Shown here: positions 46,355-58,777 of the stretch, piece by piece
Position numbering within the stretch: position 1 is the first letter of the stretch
Layout: each line of letters begins with the position of its first letter
DNA from: Isurus oxyrinchus
Lineage: Eukaryota
Length of the DNA: 64,000 nucleotides
Direction of reading: 5' to 3'
Assembly (NCBI GenBank): GCA_026770705.1
Contig: JANJGN010000021.1
Location: 99,634,001-99,698,000 of the forward strand
Translations under genes and position numbers: made by a program
Notes under the pieces: generated by a model
Seen by the model: only the letters and a program-made list of their open reading frames with translations
The model's database searches: none
What the model was told of the DNA's origin: nothing

Positions 46355-49300
46355 GTGAGTAATGGAGTCTGAGAGGGGCAATGCCAGTCTGGGTATGGGG
46401 AATTAATCCTGGGTCAGTGAGGAATGGGGTGTGAGAGGGGTAGTGCTTGTCTGGGTACTGGGAAATTAACCCTGGGTCACTGAGTAATGGGGTCTGAGAG
46501 GGGCAATGTCAGTCTGGGTACTGGGGAATTAACCCTGGGTAAGTGAATGATAGGGTTTGAAAGGGTTTGTGCTAGAGTGGGTACTGTGGCTGGAGAGGTA
46601 AAGTGACCATGGGTGGGAGGGAGAAAGTGAAACACAGCGACATATGGCTGGAGAGGGAGAGCGGGGAGGGTGATTAATATTAGGTGATTGGAACAGGAGG
46701 AGCGTGTAGCTCCTTGAGTCTGTTCCACCATTCGATTAGGTTGAGGTTATTTTGTATTTCAACTTCATTTTCCCACCTTTACTCCATATTACTCGGCACC
46801 CTTTCCCAACAAAAATCCATCTGAGTTTGAAAGCTCTGATTGACCCCCCAGCATCGACAACATTTAGTGGGAGAATGTCCCAGATATCCCTCACCCTTTG
46901 TGTGAAGAAGTGCTTCCTGATATCAACCTGTAACAGCCTGGCTCTAATTATAAGATAATATCCCCCTTGTTCTTGATTCTCCACCAGGAGAAATAGTTTA
47001 TCAGTATTGATTCTATCAAACATAAATGCAAAATACTGTGGTTGCTGGAAATCTGAAATAAAAACATAAAATGCTGGAAAAATTCCACAGGTCTCACAGC
47101 ATCTGTGGAGAAAGAAACAGAGAGGTAGAAGTGTGATGTGATGGATTTTATACTCTTTGGTTGGGGGGGGGGGCGGGGGGGAGGTGTGGAGCAAGTGAAG
47201 CTGGATAGAAGGCCAGTGATAGGTGGGGGCTATGGAGAGATTGACCAAAATGTCATGGACAAAAAGTAAAAGGGAGTGTTAATGGTAGTGGTAAGGGCTA
47301 AAGAAGGTGCTGATAGTGGCATAAAGGTAAGAGAGCAGAATGTGTTAATAGCAGAACAAGGGTAAGTACTCTGTGAAAGAACAACATGGAACAAGTAACA
47401 GATGGCCCTTTGGGGGAGGGGTGGGGGGAGGGGCAGTTGGAGAAAAAGGCATAAAACAGAGGCAGAAAAGGGGATGAAACAATAAATGAATAAATAAGTA
47501 AAAATAAATGTTTAAAAAAAGGATTAAAAAAGGTGTGAAGTTAGAGGAGAGAGTTCACCGTCTGAAGTTGTTGAACTCAATGTTCAGTCTGGAAGGCTGT
47601 AAAGTGCCTAATTGGAGGATGAGATTAGGGTTAGGGAGGGACCAGAAACATGATAGGGTCCCCCTTGTCCTCACTTTTCACCCCGCCAGCTTCCGCATTG
47701 AAAGGATCATCCTTCACCATTTCTGCCATCTCCAGCATGATGCCACCATCAGACACATCTACCCCTCACCCCCCCATCAGCATTCCGTAGGGACCATTCC
47801 CCCCAGGACAGCCTAGTCCACTCCTCCATCACCCCCTGCACCTCAACCCCTTCCCACGGCACCTCCCCATGCAATCGAAGAAAGTGCAACACCTGCCCCT
47901 TCCTCCCTCCTCACCGTCCAAGGGCCCAAACACTGCTTTCAGGTGAAGCAGTGCTTCACTTGCACCTTCATCAATTTAGTCTACTGTATTCGCTGCTCCC
48001 AATGCAGTCTCCTCTAAACTGGGGAGACCAAACGCAGACTGGGTAACCGCTTTGCGGAACACCTTCAGTCTGCCCGCAAGCATGACCCAGACCTCCCTGT
48101 CGCTTGCCATTTTAACATTCCACCCTGCTCTCATGGCCACATGTCTGTCCTTGGCCTGCTGCAATGTTCCAGTGAAGCTCAACGCAAACTGGAGGAACAG
48201 CACCTCATCCTCCTGGCCTTCTATCCAGCTTCACCTACTCCATCCCCCTTTAAACGGTATAAATTTCATCACATTTCTACTCTTTAGCTCTGAAGAAGAG
48301 TCATACAGACTCAAAACATTAACATTGATTCTATGAAATCCTTGTTACATCTTAAACACTTCAATTAGATCATCCTTCAATCTTCTAAACTCAAGGAAAT
48401 ACAATGCTAGTTTATCCAACCTGTTCTCATGTTGTAACTTTTTTAGCCCGGCTATCATTCTTGTGAATCTGTGCTGCACCCCCTCCAAAGCCAATCCATC
48501 TTTCCTGAGGTGTGGTGCCCAGAACTGAACACACTTACTCCAGATGGAGTCTAACCAGAGCGTTCTATAAACTGGAACATAACTTAATCCTAATCCTTTG
48601 TATTCCAGTCTTTGAGATAAAGGTCAACGTTCCATCAGTCTTTCCAAATCCTTATTATATCTGTTCACTGATCTTTAACAGTTGCCCCAGGTCCTAATTT
48701 CCAACAGAAGAACACAGAGGAAATAGGAGCAGGCGTCGTCTATTTATCCCCTCGAGTCTGCTCCACCATTCAATGAGATCACAGCTAATCTGATTGTGGC
48801 CTTAACTCCACTTTCCTGCCTACCTGCCCCCACCTCATTGACTCCCTGATAGATCAAAATTCCCTCTAACTCAACGCTTGAATATATTCAATGACCCAGC
48901 CTCTACTGCTCTCTGGGGTGGTGAAGTACAAAATTTACTGACCTTCTGAGAGAGGAATTTACTCCTCATCTCTATCTTAAACGACAGATCCCTATTTTCA
49001 AACTGTGCCCCCTAGTTCTAGATTCTCCCATGGGTGGAAACACCCCCTCAGCACTTACTCTGTCAGGACCATTCAGAATAGCAAGATCTTCCGTTCTAAC
49101 ACTCGATCCCCCTTGCAATAAAGGCTGCAATTCCATTTGCCTTCCTCATCACTTGCTGCATCTGCACGCTGACTTTTAGTGACTCACGTACAAGGACATC
49201 CAGATCTCTCTGTACCATAGCATTCTCTCATTCTGCTTTCCTATTCTTTCCACTTTCTTTCCTGTGCAGTAAACAAACACAACAATATAGAAGTTTAGAC

Positions 49301-52300
49301 ATATCGAAAATATTCCAATATTATTCATTAAATCTAAGTGTATAACCTTACATTTGCCCCCGTTGAACTCCATCTGCCACAGTTTTGCTGCTCATTTGCC
49401 CTCTCAATAGAATTATGGAATCATTACAGAACAGGAGGAGGATATTTGGCAGGTTGTGTCTCTGCTGGCTCTCTGCCAGCGCCACTCAGCTAGACCCATT
49501 CCCTCACCTTTTTTCCATTTTTTCTCAACTTTTTTCTCTTCAGATAATTATCCAATTCTCACTTGCTATCCTACATTAAATCTCCATCATATTCCCAGAC
49601 ATTGCATCCCAGATCCTAACCACCCCCAGGGTCGGTACCTACAGTCTATATATATGTGTAATAAATATATATTATACAGATATGGGGCAGACCTTTGCAT
49701 ACAGGACACAATCTGCAGATGACACAGCAGTTGGAAGTGTTGTAAACTGTGAGGAGGACAGTGATAGACTTCAACAGGACATAGAGGGGTTTGTGAAATG
49801 GGCTGACAAGCGGCTGATAAAATTTAATGTTGAAAGATGTGAAGTGACCCATTTTAGTGAGAAGACCGACGATGGTCAAAATAAATGGTACAATTCTAAA
49901 GAAACAGAGGGAGCTGGTGCTACATGTGCACAATTTGAAGGTGGCGGGGCAGGTAGAGAAAGTGGTTAAAAAAGCACCCGGGATTCTGGACTTTAAAAAT
50001 AGAGACATAGAGTGCAGAGTAAGGAAGTTATGATAAAACAGTATAAAACACTGGTTTAGCCTCAACTAGAGTACTGTCTCCAGCTCTCAGTACCACACTT
50101 TAGGAAGGATGTGAAGGCATTTTGAGGATGCAGAAAAGATTTACCAAAATGGTTTCACGAATAAGAAACATTAATTACTTTAACAGACTGTAGAAGCTGG
50201 GGATTTTCTCTTGGGGGAGGAGGTTGAGAGGAGATTTGATGGCTGTGTTCAGAATCATTCGGGTCTTAACAGAGTAGATCGAGGGAAGCTGTTCTGACCG
50301 AGGAAGGATTGAGAACCAGAGGGCACTGATTTAAAGTGATTGGCAAAAGAACCAACGGCTGGATACTGGGAAGCTCGGATCAGTGAAGTGTCAGGATGGG
50401 AGATCACAGGCTTCAGGTCAATTGTGGGGGAATTGGAGAAGGAAATCAGGGTGAGGTGGGTCTACCTTTCTGTTGAGTTGGGGTTTTGGGGTTGGTGTTA
50501 GGGGTACATGTCCTGATGTCTCTCTTTCTCTCTCTGTGTTTCAGGCTCTCACACTCTCCGGTATTTCTTCACCGGTATGACTCCGATTCCTGGTATTCCG
50601 GAGTTTGTAGCTGTCGGTTATGTGGATGGCGTTCAGTTTGTTATGTACGACAGCGATGGGAAAGTGTTGATCCCCCGGGAGCAGTGGATGGTGGAGAGTG
50701 AGGGGCGTGAGTCCTGGGAGCGGAAGACGATGCTTGCTCAGGAACAGGAGCAGCATATCAAAAAGGATATTCCGATCCTCATGGCCCGGACCAACCAGTC
50801 GGGAGGTGAGTCCTTGTTGTCCCACCACTCGGTCTCTTCCTGTGGATTGAGATTGTTCGGGATGGGGAGAAACCAGGAATGGATTGGGATATGGGAGCCA
50901 GAGGCTGATTGGCTGAGTGAGCGATGGGTGGAGTCTCCTAGTGGTTCAGTGTCTGATTGGCTCCATATGCTTGATTGACAGGAATCCACACCTACCAGGT
51001 GTTATATGGCTGTGACCTGAACGATGATGGGACCAGGAGTGAGGTCCACCAGACGGGATGGGACGGACGAGATTTTATGAGCTTCGACAAGGAGCACGTG
51101 GTGTGGGTGACACATGTCCCATGGGGAGAGAGCTTCAAAAACAAATGGGACCAGGACCAGGTTGAAAACAACCGATTGAAACATTACCTGGAGGTGGAAT
51201 GTGTGCAGTGGCTGATGAAATACCTGGAGTACGGACAGAGAGAACTGAGAGTCGGTGAGTGAGGGGGGAACTGAGAGTCGGTGAGTGAGGGGGGGATTGA
51301 GAGTCGGTGAGTGAGGGGGGGATTGAGAGTCGGTGAGTGAGGGGAGACTGAGAGTCGGTGAGTGAGGGGAGACTGAGAGTCGGTGAGTGAGGGGGGGACT
51401 GAGAGTCGGTGAGTGAGGGGAGACTGAGAGTCGGTGAGTGAGGGGAGACTGAGAGTCGGTGAGTGAGGGGGGGACTGAGAGTCGGTGAGTGAGGGGGTGT
51501 GAGGGTCGGTGAGTGAGGGGGTGTGAGGGTCAGTGAGTAAGGGGGGACTGAGAGTCGGTGAGTGAGGGGGGACTGAGAGTCGGTGAGTGAGGGGGGACTG
51601 AGAGTCGGTGAGTGAGGGGGGGACAGAGTCGGTGAGTGAGGGGGTGTGAGGGTCGGTGAGTGAGGGGGTGTGAGGGTCGGTGAGTGAGGGGGTGTGAGGG
51701 TCGGTGAGTGAGGGGGTGTGAGGGTCGGTGAGTGAGGGGGTGTGAGGGTCGGTGAGTGAGGGGGTGTGAGGGTCGGTGAGTGAGGGGGTGTGAGGGTCGG
51801 TGAGTGAGGGGGTGTGAGGGTCGGTGAGTGAGGGGGTGTGAGGGTCGGTGAGTGAGGGGGTGTGAGGGTCGGTGAGTGAGGGGGTGTGAGGGTCGGTGAG
51901 TGAGGGGGTGTGAGGGTCGGTGAGTGAGGGGGTGTGAGGGTCGGTGAGTGAGGGGGTGTGAGGGTCGGTGAGTGAGGGGGTGTGAGGGTCGGTGAGTGAG
52001 GGGGTGTGAGGGTCGGTGAGTGAGGGGGTGTGAGGGTCGGTGAGTGAGGGGGTGTGAGGGTCGGTGAGTGAGGGTCGGTGAGTGAGGGGCTGTGAGGGTC
52101 GGTGAGTGAGGGGCTGTGAGGGTCGGTGAGTGAGGGGCTGTGAGGGTCGGTGAGTGAGGGGCTGTGAGGGTCGGTGAGTGAGGGGCTGTGAGGGTCGGTG
52201 AGTGAGGGGCTGTGAGGGTCAGTGAGGGAGGGGCTGTGAGGGTCGGTGAGGGAGGGGCTGTGAGGGTCGGTGAGGGAGGGGGTGTGGGGCTCGGTGAGGG

Positions 52301-55300
52301 AGGGGGTGTGGGGCTCGGTGAGGGAGGGGGTGTGGGGCTCGGTGAGGGAGGGGGTGTGGGGCTCGGTGAGGGAGGGGGTGTGGGGCTCGGTGAGGGAGGG
52401 GGTGTGAGGCTCGGTGAGGGAGGGGGTGTGAGGCTCGGTGAGGGAGGGGGTGTGAGGCTCGGTGAGGGAGGGGGTGTGAGGGGTGGGAGTCGGTGAATGG
52501 GTTGCTGTCTGGGACTCTCTATCTCGAGGTTCCTGTGCTGACTCCTCTTTCTTTATCTCTCAGTTGCCCCCGTCGTGTTCTTTACCCGTCTGGGTGATTC
52601 TAACCAGCTGTCCTGCGTCGTCACCGGGTTTTACCCTCAAGCCATCGAGGTGACTCTGTGGAGAGACGGAGTGTTGATCGATGAGACCCTGTCCACTGGG
52701 ATCTTACCCAATCACGACAGGACCTACCAGATCCGGAAATGGATGGAGTTTGATCCAGAGGATCAGGCTGAGTATTCCTGTCGGGTGGAACACAGTGGGC
52801 TGGAGGAGGAGAAGGTGGTGATTTATGGTAAGACTGTTTCTCACTGTTAGAGAGAACCCAGCCTCAGACCAGGGTCACAGGAGGGAGGATCAGTGCTGAG
52901 CTGTCAGCCCAGGACAGGCTGAGGCCCAGGATCCAGAGAGAGGGAAATTAATATTCACTTTTAGTGAGTCACAGTCATCGCGCCTGTGCTAGAGTAACCA
53001 AGACAGAATATCCTGGGATAGTACAGTATGTCAGGACCTGATGAAACCTGTGATAGTACATTATAACAGGAACCAGTGAATCCTGGGATGGTGCAGTATG
53101 AGAAACCATTGAACACTGGAAAACTACAGTATGACAGGACCCTGTGAATCAGGGGATAGTACAATATGTCAGGACCTGATGAAACCTGTGATAGTACAGT
53201 ATGAAAAAAGCCAGTGAATGTTGGGAATGAACAGTATGACAGAAACCAGTGAATCCTGGAATAGGACAGTATAACAGGAACCAGTGAATACTGGGATAGT
53301 ACAGCATGACAGGACCTGGTGAATCCTGGGATGGTACAGTATGACAGAAACCAGTGAATCCTAGGATAGTACAGTATGACAGAAACCTGTGAGTCCTGAA
53401 TTATACATTATGACAGGACCCCATGAACCCTGGGATAGTACAATATGACAGAAAACAGTGAGTACTGTATGACAGGACCTTTTGAATCCTGGGATAGCAC
53501 ATCATGACAGGACTCTGTGAATCCTGGGAGAATACAGTATTACAGGAACCAGTAAATCCTGGGATAGTACAGCTGGACAGAAACCAGTGAGTCCTGGGAT
53601 AGTACAGTGTGACAGGACTCCGTCAATCCTGGGATAGTACAGTATGACAGGACCTCATGAATCCCGGAATAGTGCAGTATGACAGGAGTCTGTGAATCCT
53701 GGGATAGTACAGTATTACACAAAACAGTGACTCCTGGGATAGTACAACATGACAGGATGCTATAAGTCCTGGGGTAGTACAATATTACAGAAAACTGTGA
53801 ATCCTGGGATAGTACAACATGACAGGATGCTATAAGTCCTGGGGCAGTACAATATTACAGAAAACTGTGAATCCTGGGATAGTACATTATGACAGGACCC
53901 TGTGAATCCTGAGGTAGTACCGTATAACAGGACTTTGTGAATCCTGGGATAGTACAATATTACAGAAAACAGTGAATCCTGGGATAGTACAGCATGACAG
54001 GATGCTGGAAGTCCTGGGGTAGTACAATATGACAGAAAACTGTGAATCCTGGAATAGTACATTATGACAGGACCCTGTGAATCCTGGGATAGTACAGTAT
54101 GACAAGAACATGTAAATCAGGGGATAGTACAGCATGACTGAAACCATTGAAACCTGGGACAGTACAGTTTGATAGAAAGCAGTAAATCCTGGGATAGTAT
54201 GTTGTGACTGGACCCTGTGAATCCTGGGATGGTATAGTATTACAGAAAATAGTGAACTTTGGGACAGCATAGTGTGACAGGACCCTCTGACTCCTGGGCT
54301 AGTACAGTATGATGGAAACCAGTGAATCCTGGGATCATAGAGTATGACAGAAAGCAGTGAAAAGTGAGAGAGTACAGTATTACAGAAAACAGAATCCTGG
54401 GATAGTATGATATGACAGGACTCTGTGAATCCTTGGATAGTACACTATTACAGAAAACAGTGAATAGTGGGATAGTACAGCATTACAGAAAACAGTGAAT
54501 CATGGGATAGTACAGTATTACAGGATTCCATGAATACTGGGATAATACAGAATGACAGAGCCTTGCGAATACAGTGTGGCAAATACAGTGAAGCCTGGGA
54601 TAGTACAGTATGACAGAAATCATTGAAACCTGGGACAGAACAATATAACAAACTACTGAATCCTGGCATAGTGTAGTATGACAGGACCAACTGAATCCTG
54701 GGATAGTACAGTAAACACAGGACCCAGTGAATCCTGGGAGAGTACAGTATGACAGTACCCCACAAATCATAGAATAGTACAGTTTGACAGAAATCAGTGA
54801 ACTCTGGGATCATATGGTACGACAGAAAGCAGTGAATACTGGGAAAGTACAGTATTACAAAAAACAGTGATCCCTTGGATAATACAGTATTACAGGACCC
54901 CATGAATCCTGGGATTGTACAGAATGACAGGGCCTTGAGAATCCTGGGATAGCACAATATTACAGAAAACAGTGAATCCTGGGATTGTGAAGTATGACAG
55001 GGCCCCATGGATTCTAGGCTAGTGGAGTAAATGCAGGACCCAGTGAATCCTGGGATAGTACAGTATGACAGGACCCTGTTAATCCTGGTATAATACAAAA
55101 TGACAGGACCCTGCAAATCCTGGGATAGTACAGTATGACTTGAATCAGTGAACCTTGGGATGGTACATTATAGCAGAACCCATTGAATCCTGGGATAATG
55201 CAATACGACAGGACCCCCTGGATTTTGGGATAGTGCACTGTGACAGGACCTTCAGAATCCTGGGGTACTGCAGTATGACAGGACCCCATGAATTCTGGGC

Positions 55301-58300
55301 TAGTACAGTAAACACAGGACCCATTGAATCCTAGAAGAGTACAGTATTACAGAACCCCATGAATCATAGGATAGTACAGTATGTCAGAAGCCAGTTAATT
55401 CTGATAGTACAGTACGACAGGACCTTGTGAATCCTGCAATCATACAGTATGACAAAAAGCAGTGAATTGTAGGATATTAGAGTGTAACAGAACCCTGTGA
55501 ACCTGGGGACAGTACAGTATCACAGCAACCAGTTAATCCTGAGATAGTATAGTATGACAGGACCCAGTGAACCCTGAGAGAGTACAGAATGACTGAAGTC
55601 AGAGAATCCTGGGATAGTACAGTATGACAGGAGCCTGTGAATCTTGGGATAGTACAGTATGACAGGAACCAGTAAATCCTGGGATAGTTCAGCATGACAG
55701 AAACCAGTGAATCCTGGGATAGTATAGTATGACAAGGCCGCCTGACTCCTGGGATCGTACAGTGTGACAGAAACCAGTGAATTCTGGGCTAGTACAGCTT
55801 AACATCAGTGATTGGAACAATAATGTAATCTCTGCTAAAGGAGAAAATAGAAGAACATCTAGAAAGAAAGAACATGTATATGAATGGTCAACACGGATTT
55901 TAAAAGGGAAAATCTTTTTTGGCCAACCTTATTCTATTTTTGAGGAGGAAACAGAGCGAGAGAGAGAGAGTACACAAGAATGATGCAGTAACTTTAATTT
56001 ATCTGGATTTTTAAAAGACCTCTGATAAGCTGCCCCATAATAGAGTCAGAGAATATGGAGCCAGGGGACAAGTGACATAATGGATTGCTAGCTGGGTTCA
56101 AGAGAGAAAGCAGAGAGAGTAAAGGATAGTTATTCAGAGTGTCAGAAGGTGGGAAATGGTGTTGCACACAGATCAGTGCTGGGACCAATGCTGTTCACAA
56201 TTTACATTAACGATTTGGACTTTGGAAATAAAAACACAATTTCTAAATTCATGGATGACACCAGGTTGGGACGGAGAATCAATACTGAGGAGGACTGCTG
56301 CACATTACAGGAGGACAGTAATAAACTTGTATAATTGGCAAATGAAGTTCAACACAGATGTGAACAAGTACATTTTGGTAGGAAGAATAGGGAGGTGAAT
56401 TATTACTTGGAAGCTGCGAGTCTGGATGGGATAGAGGAACAAAGGGATCTGAGAGTAGAAATACATCAATCAGTAGAATTTCCACCGCAGGTGAGGAAGG
56501 ACATAAAAGATAAAAACAATCCAGCACTAAGTTTTAATTCTGGAGGGATAGAATTGAAAAGTAGGGAAGCGATGCTAAACCTGTGTCGAACCTTAATTAG
56601 AGCATCCTTATAGTACTGTGTGCAGTTCTGGTCATGATATTGTAACAATGATATCGAGGCACTGGAGAGGGTGCAGAGAAGATTCACAATAATGATCCCA
56701 GAAATGCGTGGGTATACATATTGGGAAAGGATTCACAGGTTGGGTCTCTTTTCTCTTGAAAAATGAGGCTGAGGTGTGACCCAATATCTTTAAAATGATG
56801 AAAATGTTTCAATAAAGTCGATACAAAGAGGATTTTCTTCCTCTAGGAGCCATCGATATAAAATAGTGACCACAAAATCTTAAAGGGAGTTCAGAAGAAA
56901 CTCCTTTGCCCAGAGAGCAGTGAGAATGTGGAGCTCAGTACCACAGGGAGTGGTTGGAGCGGATAGTGTGGACGAGTTTAAGGGGAAGCTGGACACCCAC
57001 ATGAGGGAGAAGGGAACAGAGGGTTACGATGATGGAAAGAGATGAGGAAAGATGGGAGGAGGCTGGAATGGACTGGTCAGGCTGAATGGCCTGTTTCTGT
57101 GCCTTATAACCCAACATAATCCTGATTTTCTCACTGATTCTCTCTCGCTCTCTCATTCATTCCCTCTCACTCATGCTCTTTCTCTCTATCATTCCATCTC
57201 TCTCCCTCTCCATCTCTCCCTCTGTCTCCCTCACTTTAATATCACAGAACCAAAGTCTCAGTCCCAGGTTCCTGTTCCGGTTGGGATTATACTCGGGATC
57301 GTCGGGATCATCACTCTCACCGTTGTGGCTGTCGTCATTTATAGGAAGAAAGGTAGGAATTGCAGCTAATACAGGGAAGCATGCTATATATCTTCTTACC
57401 CACATTATTGACCTGTCCTGGCACTTTTACCTGTCTGTGGGTTTCCACTCCAAGGTCCCTCTGTTCCTCCACATTACTCAGTATTTACCCCCCATTTACT
57501 GGAGGTTCCCTTTGCCTTGTTGCACCTCCGAAAATGCATTACCTCACACTTCTCCAGGTTGAATTCCATTTTCCATTTTTGTCCCCAACTAACCAGACCA
57601 TCTCTATTTTCCTGCAGCTTGAAGTATTCCTCCTCACTGTCAACCACACGGACAATGTTTGTATCATTGCAAACCTCTCTATCATTCCCCCTATATTTCA
57701 ATTGAAATTATTCATATAAACTACAAAAAGAAAGGCAGTGAGTGCAGAGCCTTGTGAAACATGCACTGGTAACAGCCTTCCAATCACAAAAACACACTTA
57801 ACCCTTGCTTCCTGTCACTGTGCCAATTTGTCACTGCCCTTTCGGTCCCAAGGGCTCTTACTTATCTACCCAGCTTGCCATATGGGACCATATCTAAAGC
57901 GTTGTTCAAATCCATGTTGACCACATCCACTTCACTGCCCTCATCAACCCTCCTTGTTACCTCTTCAAAAGATTCAATCAGTTTAACCAGAGATGATGTT
58001 CCCTTTCCAAATCCATGCTGACTTTCCTTGATTAAACTACGTCCTTCTAAATGAAGGTTCTTCAAAATGAATTCCAATAATTTTCCCACCACTGATGTTG
58101 AACTAACTTGTCTATAATTCCTCAGTTCTTCAATCCTGTTCCCCGACTCCTGTGGTCAGGCAGGAATGATTATGATGGTCAGAGTCTCTACAATTTCCTC
58201 CCTTGCATCTTTTAACAACATGGTGATTTGTCTACTTTCAAAGACATCAACTCCATTAATAGTTCCTCTCTTGCAATGTTTATCTCATTCACCCATTCAC

Positions 58301-58777
58301 ACTCTTCTTCCTGAACCACATCTTTGTATCATCATAGGTCCCCTGTTTTCCACAGACAGTTGCCAAGTCTTCATTAAGAACCTTACCACATCCTCACACA
58401 GGTTATCTTGTTGATCTCTGATAGGCCCTCCTCTTTCCTTTGTCACCCTCTTGCTCTTTATGTACTTATAAAATGTTTTTGGATGTTCCTTGATTTTACT
58501 TGCATATATTTTTTGATGTCCTCTCTTTGAGCTCCTAATTTCCCTTTTAATTTCACCCCTAGACTTCCTGTCCTCTTCCAGGTTTCTGCAGTTTTAGGTG
58601 TCGGGTGTCTGCTGGGTTTTGTTGTGGGTCTAATGGATTTTGTTGGGGGTGTTGTGGGTCTGCTGGGTTTTCCTCTTTCTCTAACCATGTATTTCTTTCT
58701 CTTCCCCAGTGTCCTCCCAGGTCCTGACCAGTAATCCAGGGATATCAGTTCCCGAGATCAGTGGGAGGAGTGGATGA
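46306..58777 (+). CDS. non-classical MHC class I alpha chain, copy 2 (intact, 339 aa predicted)
   Basis: join(46306-46354,50545-50805,50982-51254,52564-52827,57248-57352,58710-58777) is 1020 nt, with all introns GT-AG phase 1 and no internal stop. The last exon is inferred from homology. Confidence 0.85.
46356..46560 (+). repeat. about 62-bp tandem repeat (x3) starting at the leader-exon donor
   Basis: TGAGTAATGGGGTCTGAGAGGGGCAATGTCAGTCTGGGTACTGGGGAATTAACCCTGGGTCA units. Confidence 0.75.
47021..48323. mobile_element. Penelope-like element, inverted configuration, with GIY-YIG endonuclease remnant
   Basis: About 47630-48323 on + reads DRVPLVLTFHP...FTCTFINLVYCIRCSQC..TGETKRRLGNRFAEH. 47021-47625 is an inverted 3' end. 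TSD ATTGATTCTAT(C/G)AAA at 47006-47020 and 48324-48338, within a minus-strand CR1. Confidence 0.85.
50545..50805 (+). CDS. MHC class I alpha1 exon (copy 2)
   Basis: GSHTLRYFFTGMTPIPGIPEFVAVGYVDGVQFVMYDSD...WERKT...LMARTNQSG, with the conserved NQS glycosylation site. Confidence 0.95.
50982..51254 (+). CDS. MHC class I alpha2 exon (copy 2)
   Basis: GIHTYQVLYGCDL...GWDGRDFMSFD...KNKWD...YLEVECVQWLMKYLEYG, both cysteines present. Confidence 0.95.
51245..52497 (+). repeat. 24-bp G-rich minisatellite filling the alpha2-alpha3 intron
   Basis: About 52 copies, in homogeneous sub-blocks of GAGGGTCGGTGAGTGAGGGGGTGT. Confidence 0.95.
52564..52827 (+). CDS. MHC class I alpha3 exon (copy 2)
   Basis: LSCVVTGFYPQAIEVTLWRDG...LPNHDRTYQ...YSCRVEHSGL. 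Confidence 0.95.
53005..55798. repeat. 35-bp satellite (GTGAATCCTGGGATAGTACAGTATGACAG[AAACCA/GACCCT])
   Basis: About 80 diverged tandem copies, the source of the repetitive minus-strand ORFs. Confidence 0.92.
55800..57110 (+). mobile_element. CR1-type LINE fragment
   Basis: ORFs 56149-56334 (SVLGPMLFTIYINDL...FMDDT) and 56335-56613. Confidence 0.8.
57248..57352 (+). CDS. MHC class I transmembrane exon (copy 2)
   Basis: EPKSQSQVPVPVGIILGIVGIITLTVVAVVIYRKK, AG/GT bounded. Confidence 0.92.
57363..58600 (-). mobile_element. CR1-type LINE fragment (contains the empty provirus site)
   Basis: ORFs 57474-57701 and 57862-58092. TTCACACTCTTCTTC at 58296-58310 has a single CACT. Confidence 0.85.
58710..58777 (+). 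CDS. terminal exon coding portion (new cytoplasmic tail, copy 2)
   Basis: A strong polypyrimidine acceptor gives VSSQVLTSNPGISVPEISGRSG*. AATAAA candidates at 59324 and 59364. Confidence 0.55.

Noticed and set aside
52212-52496. Gly-rich protein ORF
   Set aside because: Translation of the 24-bp intronic minisatellite.
53005-55798. CRISPR-like array or repetitive protein ORFs
   Set aside because: Contiguous diverged 35-bp units without unique spacers, no cas genes, and a eukaryotic intron. The ORFs are artefacts of the repeat.
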